A stretch of DNA of 64,000 bases, taken from Nitrospirota bacterium (GTDB taxonomy: Bacteria > Nitrospirota > UBA9217). Position 1 is the stretch's first letter. Every line of letters starts with the position of its first letter. The notes beneath the pieces were generated by a model. It had not been told where the DNA came from, did no database searches, and worked only from the letters and a program-made list of their open reading frames with translations. Where the stretch lies: contig JAKAHZ010000002.1 in assembly GCA_021814615.1 (NCBI GenBank), forward strand, positions 17,011 to 81,010, written 5' to 3'. Shown piece after piece: positions 28,522-37,561 of the stretch. A program made the translations under genes and the position numbers.

Positions 28522-29319
28522 TTACGCGGGAAGTTCGCCCATCGGCACGAACAGAACGGGCCACCGGAGCCGTTCCGGCTCATCCTGAAGCATTGCCGAA
28601 GCTTTTGCCAGCTCCGACGGCGTTGCGCTTCCTGTGGGCAGAAGAACGAGCGACACCGTTTCGTCGGCGGCGGCACGCAGGATCTCTTCATCGGGATATC
28701 CGGCTCGCTGCAGCGTTTTCGCTTCGATGCCCCGGGCTCGGAGCGTCTTTTGCAGAGCAAGAACGGCGTCGGTAATCCGCTCCTGCACGCGGCCGAGCTC
28801 TTCGCGCTCGGCGGGGCTGTAGAGATGAACGGGAACGATCCCGAGCACGAGCACCGTTGATCCCGTTGCCTTGGCTTCCTGCTCGATCAGATCGATTTCC
28901 GCGGCAGGCGTTCCTGCGCTGTCCACAGGCGCCAGGATCGTGCCGGGGATCACCGCGACCGGCCGGTCGGACATGCGCGACACTGCTTTGTACTGGGGAG
29001 TGACCAGCACGAGATCCGGTTTGAGCGTTGCCGACTGGCCGAGAATGGCGGAAAGGGGATCGCCCTCTGCTGAAAGAAAACGGACCTCGAATCCCCCGGC
29101 CTGCTCGGACACGATACTCCTTGCCTCGGCCTGGAACCGGGAGAACTCGGCCCGGGCCATTTCCTCTGCCCTCGGCCCGGCATCGTAATCGATAAACAGC
29201 GAAGGGTCGAACACCTGCAGGACCGTAATGTCGCCGCCACGGTCCTGCACCTTGCTCATGCCGTAGCGCAAGGCTTTCTTGGCGTGAAGTGTTCCGTCAT
29301 ATGCGATCAAGAGTTTCAT
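28522..29319 (-). CDS. Tandem-domain universal stress protein
   Basis: LLIAYDGT...GDP and a second ILAPVDS...GYPDEEIL domain. Confidence 0.85.
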   Translation of the reverse strand: MKLLIAYDGTLHAKKALRYGMSKVQDRGGDITVLQVFDPSLFIDYDAGPRAEEMARAEFSRFQAEARSIVSEQAGGFEVRFLSAEGDPLSAILGQSATLKPDLVLVTPQYKAVSRMSDRPVAVIPGTILAPVDSAGTPAAEIDLIEQEAKATGSTVLVLGIVPVHLYSPAEREELGRVQERITDAVLALQKTLRARGIEAKTLQRAGYPDEEILRAAADETVSLVLLPTGSATPSELAKASAMLQDEPERLRWPVLFVPMGELPA

Positions 29320-29375
29320 GGCGCTCTTCCTTTAATATAATATCAATTAATTACCGCAACATCTTCAGACAGCGC

Positions 29376-29392
29376 TGCAGGATATTGTTGCA
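29376..29392. promoter_or_regulatory. NtrC-type enhancer-binding site
   Basis: TGCA-N9-TGCA upstream of a sigma54 promoter; IHF-consensus AATCAATATGTTA at 29428-29440 lies between them. Confidence 0.55.
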
Positions 29393-29444
29393 TCTTATCT
29401 TTTTAAATAAAAGTTAAATAAAAGCGAAATCAATATGTTAGCCA

Positions 29445-29460
29445 TGGCACAGCGCTTGCT
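29445..29460 (+). promoter_or_regulatory. Sigma54 promoter (-24/-12)
   Basis: TGGCAC-AGCGC-TTGCT. Confidence 0.8.
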
Positions 29461-29505
29461 TTACCACTTGTTAGTCATTCATCTCCGGTGCAAGGGAGCG
29501 AACCC

Positions 29506-29724
29506 ATGAACCTGTCGATCAGCATCCTGCATCAGGCAGTCTGCATGTTCGGAATCCTGTTCACGCTGGCTGCCCTTCAGCCCGAGGCTGCTCTTTCGGC
29601 AGCCAGGCCTTTTCTTTCCCTCTGGCTCGCCTTCAAACGGTACCGACAATCGCTTGCCGTCAGATTCAAAAGCAACCGGTCCGAACGTTTCTGGGAGATC
29701 GATATGACCAAGTTCGAACCATGA
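29506..29724 (+). CDS. Small hydrophobic hypothetical protein (72 aa)
   Basis: GGGAG RBS; first ORF after the sigma54 promoter; hydrophobic N-terminal half. Confidence 0.55.
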   Translation: MNLSISILHQAVCMFGILFTLAALQPEAALSAARPFLSLWLAFKRYRQSLAVRFKSNRSERFWEIDMTKFEP

Positions 29725-29909
29725 TGTTTCCGTACATCGTCGATAGAGTTTATACTGATTGCCGCAAGCTTTAAAGGGGCGCGAAAAAATTCGTTCAGAA
29801 TACATCCGATTGCTGACCTTGATCCCGACTTCCTCGCGAGCTTCACTCCTTCGCGGTAAACAGTTTCCTTCTCCGTAAAAAATACCATCATAATGACCAT
29901 GAACCTGCA

Positions 29910-30113
29910 CTAGGACAACTTCGAAACCTCGTAGAGCATGTACAGCAAGAGACTGAAGGGTCCGATGGTCACCACAAGCGATGCGGTGGCGCTCAAGAAC
30001 TTTCGGTACAGGTCCGCTCTTCCCATTGCCCCCGGCATCATCACCGATCCCAGGAACAGCAGCTGCAGCGCAAGCGCAAACCCGGAACTATGAAACAGGT
30101 ACTCTAACTCCAT
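29910..30113 (-). CDS. Small two-TM hypothetical protein (67 aa)
   Basis: GGAGG RBS; two hydrophobic segments; downstream of a USP gene. Confidence 0.6.
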   Translation of the reverse strand: MELEYLFHSSGFALALQLLFLGSVMMPGAMGRADLYRKFLSATASLVVTIGPFSLLLYMLYEVSKLS

Positions 30114-30170
30114 GCCTTCCTCCAAAGGACAGCCCCTCCCGCAGGAAGGGCGTGATGGTCCGTCCGTTCA

Positions 30171-30599
30171 TTACATCGACTTCTTCGATACCGCCAGCGA
30201 GGCTACCTGCATCTTCGCCGTCTCGCTCTCCAGTTCGACGAACTGCCGATAATTGCCGATCACGGAGCGGAACTTCGGCGGGCAGAGCAACACATCGACC
30301 TTCTCGCTCTTCGCGAAATCGATGACCTGCTGTTCGGGGTCGCCTTCGGTGCTGTACAGGCTCGCCGGGACGCCCTTCGCCGCGCCGGCGATGATCGCTT
30401 TCGCTTCATCGATGAACCGGCCCGCCTCGGCGCGCGCCGCGTTCCGCGCGTTCGGCGTTGCGTCATAATCCGCCATTGCCGAGCTGTCGAAGACATGCAG
30501 CGCCACGACCTCGCCGCCCTTTACCCGTGCCTTCTCGATCCCGTACGCCAGCGCTTCCTTTGCCTGCAGCGTTCCGTCGTATGCCACCATGATCTTCAT
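30171..30599 (-). CDS. Universal stress protein (UspA)
   Basis: IMVAYDGT and EGDPEQQVIDFAKSEKVDVL; similar to the N-terminal domain of 28522-29319. Confidence 0.88.
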   Translation of the reverse strand: MKIMVAYDGTLQAKEALAYGIEKARVKGGEVVALHVFDSSAMADYDATPNARNAARAEAGRFIDEAKAIIAGAAKGVPASLYSTEGDPEQQVIDFAKSEKVDVLLCPPKFRSVIGNYRQFVELESETAKMQVASLAVSKKSM

Positions 30600-30651
30600 T
30601 GTCTGCCTCCTTACGAGAGATTGGTTTGTTTGCTTTCTTGACCTCTCTTAT

Positions 30652-30667
30652 AGCAGGAGGCGTGCCA
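30652..30667 (-). promoter_or_regulatory. Sigma54 promoter for the USP gene
   Basis: Minus strand TGGCAC-GCCTC-CTGCT (GG-N10-GC); TGCA-N9-TGCA site at 30732-30748 upstream. Confidence 0.7.
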
Positions 30668-30945
30668 AAAAAGGCAGCTGAAAAAACAAGGGGTTATAGC
30701 GCCGGCGCAGTGAAAAAACTGCGATAGAGCCTGCAAGGATATACTGCAGGATAAGCAAATGTTCTTGACCGGCAAAGCCATTTCCGATATTCTCGCGCTA
30801 TCGGGAGACATTGCCCGGCAGTGCCTTCTTCATCAAGACTCTCCCGCAGCATGCAGAAGAACCCCGGAAATCAAGAGACCGCGAGGTCACTGAACAGAAA
30901 CAGATCAGGAACATATCAGAATCTGCGATCCTGGGGAGGTTCGCC

Positions 30946-31359
30946 ATGAAGAGCTTCACGATCACGAGGATGATTGCAGCGCCAACGGAGAAAGTGTGGT
31001 CAACGGTAAAGGATTTCCATCGTACGCCCGGACCGGGGGTGAAGGTCGAGATGGTGACGGCCGGCAGCGGCCCGGAAGGCGCGGGCGCGGAGCGGACCAT
31101 CACGATCGGAAGCGTCAAGGTGCGTGAGCGGCTCCTGTCCATGGGCCCGGGAACAACGTTCACCTACCGCATCCTCGCCGGTGCGCCGATGAAGGACCAT
31201 AAGGCCACGGCAACATTAGCACCGAACGGGACATCGACCGAGATCCGCTGGGACGTGTCGTTTACGCCGAAGGTCCCGGGGATCGGCTGGATCGTGGCGA
31301 TGGTGACGAAGAAAGCGGTGAACCAGTACCTCGATGCCGTCGAACGGTCGATAAGGTAA
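30946..31359 (+). CDS. SRPBCC/polyketide-cyclase-like protein
   Basis: IAAPTEKVW, GAERTI, RERL and TEIRWDVSF pattern. Confidence 0.82.
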   Translation: MKSFTITRMIAAPTEKVWSTVKDFHRTPGPGVKVEMVTAGSGPEGAGAERTITIGSVKVRERLLSMGPGTTFTYRILAGAPMKDHKATATLAPNGTSTEIRWDVSFTPKVPGIGWIVAMVTKKAVNQYLDAVERSIR

Positions 31360-31538
31360 AAGGTAGACCCGAACGACGTTATCAAATGGACCCTGCTGGG
31401 TCATTCCGGCATGTCCGGAATCTTTCTTCGACATTGCTCTCCACGCCTCACCTTTCACACGGCAACTCTAGCCCTTTACCCCTCACCGTTTCATCCCCCC
31501 CTACCCGAACGGGCAGTGCTCCCGCCCCGTACTGTTCT

Positions 31539-31590
31539 GCAGTTTTTTCTTGCCACTCATAAGGGAAAATAGTATCCTCGCATTTGCAGG
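31539..31590 (+). repeat. 52-bp promoter-containing direct repeat, copy 1 (copy 2 at 32061-32112)
   Basis: Identical GCAGTTTTTTCTTGCCAC...CATTTGCAGG containing TTGCCA-17-TATCCT. Confidence 0.92.
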
Positions 31591-31696
31591 GCGCAGAAAA
31601 GCGCGTAGTCATCGCGCGGGTCACGCAAGGGACGGACGAGAGTGGTGGCGCAGGCGGAAGGTCTCCCTAATTGTCGAATGACATGAAGGAGAAGTA

Positions 31697-32020
31697 ATGG
31701 CTATTACCCGAAAGTTCAGAACAACGATCCTGCAGCGTGCGGAGTCGGATGCGGCATTCCGGCGGCATATGCTGACCGAGGCGGTCAATGAACTGCTTGC
31801 CGGGGATCTCGCCGCAGGCAAGGCCATGCTTCGCGACTATATCAACGCGACCATCACGTTTCAGCAGCTGGCGAAGAAGCTCAAGAAAACGGATAAGAGC
31901 GTTCACCGCATGCTCGGACCGCGCGGCAATCCCCGGGCGGACAATATCCTGGAGATCATCAAGATCCTGCAGGTAAATGAGCGAGTTACACTGCGGGTGG
32001 AAGCGAAGAGGGCGGCATAG
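31697..32020 (+). CDS. Addiction-module antidote-type HTH protein (orphan antitoxin)
   Basis: GKAMLRDYINATITF and SVHRMLGPRGNPRADN motifs; no intact toxin upstream. Confidence 0.85.
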   Translation: MAITRKFRTTILQRAESDAAFRRHMLTEAVNELLAGDLAAGKAMLRDYINATITFQQLAKKLKKTDKSVHRMLGPRGNPRADNILEIIKILQVNERVTLRVEAKRAA

Positions 32021-32056
32021 GAGAAACATAAACATTAAAGACCTGACCCCCGAGCG
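32011..32056 (+). repeat. Cassette-end repeat with GACCTGACCCC (second copy 32472-32512)
   Basis: GGCGGCRTAGGAGAAAYATAAACATTAAAGACC(TGACC)CCCGAGCG after both antitoxin genes. Confidence 0.88.
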
Positions 32057-32060
32057 CTCC

Positions 32061-32112
32061 GCAGTTTTTTCTTGCCACTCATAAGGGAAAATAGTATCCT
32101 CGCATTTGCAGG
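32061..32112 (+). repeat. 52-bp promoter-containing direct repeat, copy 2
   Basis: Identical to 31539-31590. Confidence 0.92.
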
Positions 32113-32199
32113 ACACAGAAAGACGCGAAAAGCGCGCAACAGCTCAGAAGAACACAACCAGAAGATCGGCGGAGAATTGCAGGCTCAAGGAGATTTGAT

Positions 32200-32481
32200 A
32201 TGGCATGGAAGGAAGTAACTGCTGAAGAACTGGCAAAGACCCTGGGAGCGAACGTAGCCGAGGTCCGGGAGAAGCAGAGGCTGGTCAAGGTGATCGTCAA
32301 GACGCGGAAAGAAAAAGACCTGTCACAGGCTGCTCTGGCAAAGAAGCTCGGGATCAGCCAGGCGCGGGTGGCGCAGATCGAGTCCGGCATAGGCACCGCG
32401 AAGGTCACATTCGATGTGCTCTTCAACATGCTTGTCGCCCTGGGGCTGGACTATAAGGTAGTGACGAAGAAGGCGGCGTAG
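32200..32481 (+). CDS. XRE-family HTH protein (HigA-like orphan antitoxin)
   Basis: RKEKDLSQAALAKKLGISQARVAQIESG; preceded by a degenerate toxin-like tail ...RLKEI-stop. Confidence 0.85.
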   Translation: MAWKEVTAEELAKTLGANVAEVREKQRLVKVIVKTRKEKDLSQAALAKKLGISQARVAQIESGIGTAKVTFDVLFNMLVALGLDYKVVTKKAA

Positions 32482-32600
32482 GAGAAATATAAACATTAAA
32501 GACCCCCGAGCGTTGGTGGCGTAGGCGGAAGAAGCGAGTCTGGCGAGACATAAATATTCAATACCTGACCCTCAGGGTCTTTTTGAACAGGGATATAAGA

Positions 32601-34058
32601 ATGAAAGTCCTTTTCTTCTGGATTGATATTGGTTCCGGCCATAAGCCCAGTTTTCATCATGGGATTGCATGGATATCGGGTAGGCTCATTTCCGAAGGAC
32701 ATGAAGTGAAATGCATGAGGGTGACGCAAGTGGATGATTTGAGCCCATACGGCCAGATTGTTGCAGACTTGCGTCCAGATGTCGTGGGCATATCGATAAC
32801 GACCAACCAAAGAAAATATTTGGAAACCGTAGTGGCGGAGGTCAGAAAAAGGCATTCAACGCCCATTGTCGTCGGTGGTGTGCACTGTATCCTGGATCCT
32901 GCAGATGTGATCGCGTGCGATGGGATCGACGGGGTCTGCGTTGGTGAGGGTGATCTGCCGATGTCCGTGTTGATGAGTAAGCTCTCTCGTGCCGAGGGCT
33001 ATAGTGATACTCCTTCTTTTTGGTGGAAGATTAAAGGCCTGCAAGAAAATAAGACGGAGATTGTAAAGAACGCATTAGCTCCTTTCGAGGATGATCTCAA
33101 TTCATTGCCACTTCCGAATTACTCGGTGTTCGACGCGGACGCGCTCTTAAAAGAGCTGGCCGGCTATTTCAATGTGATGGTGAGCCGGGGTTGCCCGTAT
33201 AATTGTAGCTATTGTTGCAATCACGCGATCAGGTCGGCTTATCGACGGCTAAGCGGATACTTCAGGATTCTTACTCCGTCAAATGCCGTCTCTCTTATAA
33301 AGGGCTGCATGGATCGTCATTCCGGGATAAGAGGATTTATCTTTGAGGATGATCTCCTCCTTTGGGACAAAAACTGGTTTCTGGCCTTTGCCGATGAATA
33401 TCGAATGAAAATAGGCCTTCCCTATATCTGTAACGGCCATATAAATTCTGTCGACCAAGACATAGTGAACGCACTTGTAATGTCAGGATGCAGATCTGTT
33501 ATGCTTGGCCTGGAAAGCGGAGATGAAGAACTACGTGCTACGCTCTTGCGACGCCACTACAGTAATGAAAAGGTTATGGCTGTAGCCAACCTATTTCATA
33601 AAAGTGGCATTCAATTTTTTACCTACAATATTTTCGGTTTTCCTTTTGAGACAAAAGAACAGATGGCGCGCACAGTGCAGATCAATACTGCAATCAGACC
33701 TCATTCCGGACAGGCGTTCTTTTTCTATCCTTATCCAGGAACTGATTTATATAATCTCTGCAAAGAGCATAATTTGCTTAATCGTTCCGAAATGGAATCA
33801 GTTTCAGGATATCGCGAAAAGCCAACGATTAGATTAACTAATTGCAGCATCGAAGACTGTATACGTCAACACAACACGCTGCAGCTATACTTCATTTCTC
33901 GCAGATTTGCAAGAGTGTTGAGTCTGGATAGTAAACTGCTGGACAAAACGATCCATTCGTTATTAATGATATATCCCTCCTTCCTTGTGAGGTTGTTCTC
34001 CAAAGAAAATGTTATTAAAAAGGTTCTTCGATGGATCCAATACAGATTCTTGAGATAA
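32601..34058 (+). CDS. Cobalamin-binding radical SAM protein
   Basis: B12-binding region (VGGVH, VGEGD), SRGCPYNCSYC, FEDD, GLESG and PYPGT; AT-richer than flanks. Confidence 0.92.
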   Translation: MKVLFFWIDIGSGHKPSFHHGIAWISGRLISEGHEVKCMRVTQVDDLSPYGQIVADLRPDVVGISITTNQRKYLETVVAEVRKRHSTPIVVGGVHCILDPADVIACDGIDGVCVGEGDLPMSVLMSKLSRAEGYSDTPSFWWKIKGLQENKTEIVKNALAPFEDDLNSLPLPNYSVFDADALLKELAGYFNVMVSRGCPYNCSYCCNHAIRSAYRRLSGYFRILTPSNAVSLIKGCMDRHSGIRGFIFEDDLLLWDKNWFLAFADEYRMKIGLPYICNGHINSVDQDIVNALVMSGCRSVMLGLESGDEELRATLLRRHYSNEKVMAVANLFHKSGIQFFTYNIFGFPFETKEQMARTVQINTAIRPHSGQAFFFYPYPGTDLYNLCKEHNLLNRSEMESVSGYREKPTIRLTNCSIEDCIRQHNTLQLYFISRRFARVLSLDSKLLDKTIHSLLMIYPSFLVRLFSKENVIKKVLRWIQYRFLR

Positions 34059-34076
34059 TCGGCCTTTCAGAGCGAA

Positions 34077-34147
34077 AGGCCTCAGGGTCCTGCGGTTTGA
34101 CATTTTGTCTTACGAGAACCAATAGGTTCCTCACCTTCCCCCCACCC
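34077..34147 (+). repeat. About 70-bp direct repeat (copy 2 at 34480-34554)
   Basis: AGGCCTCAGGGTC(AGGTC)CTGCGGTTTGACATTTTGTCTTACGAGAACCAATAGGTTCCTCACC. Confidence 0.9.
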
Positions 34148-34158
34148 AGGGACGGTCT

Positions 34159-34228
34159 GGGGTCAGGCTTCAGAATTAGTATTTGAGCAGATATTATGAT
34201 GAGAATATGAATATTGAAGTCTGACCCC
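34159..34228. repeat. REP/REPIN-like 70-bp inverted repeat
   Basis: GGGGTCAGGCTTCA...TGAAGTCTGACCCC with an AT-rich interior. Confidence 0.75.
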
Positions 34229-34237
34229 AAACGGACT

Positions 34238-34477
34238 CGGTTCCGCTTTTCTTCGCAGCAACCCCACCGACAGCACCGCTACCCTGGGGGAAGATTCGCG
34301 TCCTGCAGCAGCTTCCTTCCTTCATCAAATACGTGTATAATTTGGAAGGCCTCTATGCCGCTGGATTGCCTGCGGACCCGGAAACCACACGGGCAATTCC
34401 GATCCGGAGCAATGGTCGTGTTCAACGGAGGAATGATCCGGTGAAATCCGAAACAAGCACCTGGTTTACCTTTTATG
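34238..34477 (+). repeat. 240-bp direct repeat of 38794-39033 (promoter plus truncated gene start)
   Basis: Near-identical sequence including TGTATAAT, GGAGGA RBS and the first ~12 codons of the 38997 CDS. Confidence 0.92.
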
Positions 34478-34537
34478 GGAGGCCTCAGGGTCAGGTCCTG
34501 CGGTTTGACATTTTGTCTTACGAGAACCAATAGGTTC

Positions 34538-34704
34538 CTCACCTCCCCCCACCCGGTTCCTCCTTTCTCCTCAGCAGCCCCACCGGCAGCACTGCTATCC
34601 ACAGCATCACCACCCCCAGCATCATCCGCGTTCTCTGCACTCTCGGCGAATAACGTTGCACGGCTTTTGACGTCCTCTGTTTTTCTCTGTGATCTCTGTG
34701 GCAA
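34538..34704 (+). repeat. Dispersed ~160-bp repeat (also 48438-48594; partial copies at 38778 and 34238)
   Basis: CTCACCTCCCC..CCCGG.TCC.CCTTTCTCC.CAGCAGCCCCAC.G.CAGCAC.GCT...CTCTGTG..CTGTGGCAA. Confidence 0.85.
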
Positions 34705-34711
34705 GGATTTC

Positions 34712-34729
34712 CCCCTACCCGTTCGGGTA
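34712..34729. repeat. 18-bp palindrome-containing direct repeat (copy at 35670-35687; variant 31498-31513)
   Basis: CCCCTACCCGTTCGGGTA occurs exactly twice. Confidence 0.8.
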
Positions 34730-35211
34730 ATACCCATCCCACCCGGTATCCAGTACATTACTTCACATCACGAACCCGCGAATTGCGAGCGGGAGATAAT
34801 TCCATGCCTATATCTCTTTTTAGATATGTCGACGTATTTGGTTATCCGGAGTCCGATCCGGCCACGGTTCTGGAGATGTTGTCGCAGTTCGAAGGGGAGA
34901 AACATCATTCATCCCCGCACTATATCTTTCGAAGGCCGTCTACTGAAAAAGGTGATACACGGAAATCCTCGGCAGATTCTGCGGTATCATTCTTCCCAGC
35001 CGACCCTGGAATCTAGCTGCCTTCCTTCCGACGTTTTATCGGCCTGTCTACGCACTATCGATAAGCCATCATTCTTTCTATGTCTGCTCAAATAAAGCAC
35101 AGACGATTAGTTCGTCGTTGCAGAAAGGAGCAAATAAAATGGTCAATCACAAAATATATTGACATTGGGTAATCTCGACCGTAATATCATTGCTGCGACG
35201 CCCAAACAATC

Positions 35212-35628
35212 ATGGCCTCTATTCCTGTAAAACTTCTTCATTCTCCTTGTCAGTCCTTCGAGGCCCGTCTCGCTCCCGAGACCGGATCAGCCTGGGATAT
35301 ATCTCACGCGTCGCTCGCGCTGAACGGTTTGTCCTTCGGTAATCGCCGGTTCGGCTGGCATGGCGCCTGGTCGTCCTGTTCGCGCTACTTCATGATAAAC
35401 GAGTGGCTCAATGTGCACACCGCCAGATGCCCGGACATGCAGCTACTGGTCATCGATGTCCACGAAGGGAAGGAGTCCATTGTCGAAAAGGTCAGCTCTG
35501 GATTCATTGAACCGATGGGCTTCCGAGATGAAGAAATAAAGTACTGCAAAATCGCATCTGGCATTGGCAATCGTTCTGTTCACCATCTCCCTGTAAGCGC
35601 TCTCACCGAATGGCGCGTTGTTCGTTAG
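35212..35628 (+). CDS. Hypothetical protein
   Basis: 138-aa ORF with beta-rich pattern (WSSCSRYF, QLLVIDV); TTGACA-17-TAATAT promoter at 35159-35187. Confidence 0.5.
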   Translation: MASIPVKLLHSPCQSFEARLAPETGSAWDISHASLALNGLSFGNRRFGWHGAWSSCSRYFMINEWLNVHTARCPDMQLLVIDVHEGKESIVEKVSSGFIEPMGFRDEEIKYCKIASGIGNRSVHHLPVSALTEWRVVR

Positions 35629-35810
35629 CATCGAACACGCGCCAATTTCTTTCCCCAGTTCATTTTGCACCCCTACCCGTTCGGGTACAATCGGGGTATT
35701 GACCCTCTAGATCGTTTCTGTTTTAATTGATTTCATCATGAATATGTCAGTCGAGATGCACTTCGTTGCAGCATTTTCGACCACACACAATTCTTGACGA
35801 GGAGGATCCC

Positions 35811-36878
35811 ATGCCCGCGAAGAAGGTTGGTACGGCCGGAGCGAAGCAGCGCCAGCGTCTTGTCAAGAAGCACGGAGTCACGACCAGTGAGAACGACAAC
35901 CTCTCGAAGGGAATGTCGAGCCTCGTCCCGAAGGATTACCGGGATTCCGGTCGTTTCATCGACAGCGTTCAGTGGAACCTTGAGTGGTTCGGCGCGGCCA
36001 AGTCGCGCGAGAAGGACAAGCGGCGGTTCGATCTCGTGGTCGACATCCTGGCCACGCTGAACAGCGACCTCTTCGTACTCCAGGAAGTCGCCGGCCCGTC
36101 CGAGGACGGCCGGTATCCCGGGATCATGGACAGCGTAGCCGAGGAGCTGACCAGACGCGTCGCCGGGGATTACCGCGTCGCCTATACCAATACCGGCGGG
36201 GAGCAGCGCGTGGCCATGATGTGGGACAGCGACTGGCTCCGTTCCAAGAGCGAGGTTGCAGAGCTGTTCGAGAGGGGACACTATGCCGGCAATAAAAAGA
36301 AGGACCCCTTCGCAGGTCGGACCCCGCTCCTGGGCTATTTCTCCCTCCGGATCCCTTCGGGCAAGAAACAGGAGCCTGGCGCCGACCGGTTCGACTTTCA
36401 GAACCTCGGCGTTCACTTGAAGGCAATGGAAGAGGGTGCAGCGCAGCGGCTCGAATCAGCCGGGATCCTCGCGGACTGGCTCAAGAACAAGGCCCCGCTC
36501 ACCGATAACGACGTCATGATCATGGGTGATTGGAACGTCCCGCCGGACGCCGCCTGCTGGAAGCCCTTCCACGACATGGAGAGGGCGGACACCAACGTCC
36601 ACTTCACCGACATCAACGACCAGAGCGACTTCTCCTATCTCTGGCACGCGAACCGCGACCAGAAGTTCGTGTCGCGCATTGATCTGACCGTCATGAGCCT
36701 GTCCTCGGAGACGGAGTATAAGATGGCCGGCAGGGTTGTCCGCTGGAAACCGATCCAGGACGCCATCAAGGAATCGAAGAACATCACGGACAAGAAGGTG
36801 AAGGACGTGATGAAGGAGCTCAAGGACACCATCAGCGATCACATGCCGACGATTAGCAGGTTCTCCATTGCAAAATAA
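35811..36878 (+). CDS. Endonuclease/exonuclease/phosphatase (EEP) family protein
   Basis: QWNLEWF, LQEV, VHLKA, MGDWN, RID and SDHMP motifs; GAGGAGG RBS. Confidence 0.9.
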   Translation: MPAKKVGTAGAKQRQRLVKKHGVTTSENDNLSKGMSSLVPKDYRDSGRFIDSVQWNLEWFGAAKSREKDKRRFDLVVDILATLNSDLFVLQEVAGPSEDGRYPGIMDSVAEELTRRVAGDYRVAYTNTGGEQRVAMMWDSDWLRSKSEVAELFERGHYAGNKKKDPFAGRTPLLGYFSLRIPSGKKQEPGADRFDFQNLGVHLKAMEEGAAQRLESAGILADWLKNKAPLTDNDVMIMGDWNVPPDAACWKPFHDMERADTNVHFTDINDQSDFSYLWHANRDQKFVSRIDLTVMSLSSETEYKMAGRVVRWKPIQDAIKESKNITDKKVKDVMKELKDTISDHMPTISRFSIAK

Positions 36879-36956
36879 CTTATGAGCAGAATCCAATACA
36901 GATCAAAAACAGATGAGGTCTTCGTACGACCTGTCAATGTAGAAGAGGAGATAATT

Positions 36957-37436
36957 ATGCAACAGCAGATTGAACAGATAGAAATTCCAGCAGAAGAAAT
37001 TGAGAAAGAAACCAAAGCAGCAGGGGAATCATCACTCGCTGAAAAGATCGTACAACAGAAATATCGTCAGTATTTGAAAAACAGCCGGATGTACAAAAAG
37101 CTGTATTATTCGACTCGTCTTTTGGCAGCATTATCCGCTGGGCTCTTGCCATTCGTCGTTACGACGAAACCTTCGTTAGCTACTGCCCTATCAATAGTAA
37201 TTGTACTTTGTGCTGTCACTGACACTGTGTTCGATCCAAGAAGCAAATGGAGGCTTTATTCTAAAGCAACAGATCTTCTTGCTGTTGAAATGATTAAGAG
37301 CCGAGGTGAATATGAAAAATATCAAAGGAATCTCGAAATACTGCTGGCCACCGAGGGAAAAGAGTTAGCCGGTTTGAAAGGGTTGGAAGAGATACTGCAA
37401 AGCATGCAGAAGGGGCAAAAAAATCCAACTCCTTAG
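36957..37436 (+). CDS. Two-TM SLATT/DUF4231-like protein
   Basis: Helical N-terminus, two TM helices, then KWRLYSKATDLLAVE; AT-rich; alternative start 36882. Confidence 0.7.
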   Translation: MQQQIEQIEIPAEEIEKETKAAGESSLAEKIVQQKYRQYLKNSRMYKKLYYSTRLLAALSAGLLPFVVTTKPSLATALSIVIVLCAVTDTVFDPRSKWRLYSKATDLLAVEMIKSRGEYEKYQRNLEILLATEGKELAGLKGLEEILQSMQKGQKNPTP

Positions 37437-37561
37437 CCTTGTGGATTGATTGAATTATTCGCTGTGATAGTGAAAATCCGTTCGCTATAAGCCAGGTGGA
37501 GCTTAAACGATCGAGATAGAAATGTCCGCTCTTAGCTTTTCATTTGCATTGAGGGGGAGAC

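Noticed and set aside
29479-29910. Minus-strand ORFs 29479-29910 and 29577-29900
   Set aside because: No RBS or motifs, and they overlap the better-supported sigma54-driven plus-strand ORF.
34804-35095. Short ORFs that could be a frameshifted gene
   Set aside because: An RBS-like GGGAG is present, but there is no recognisable homology, so a pseudogene call is unsupported.
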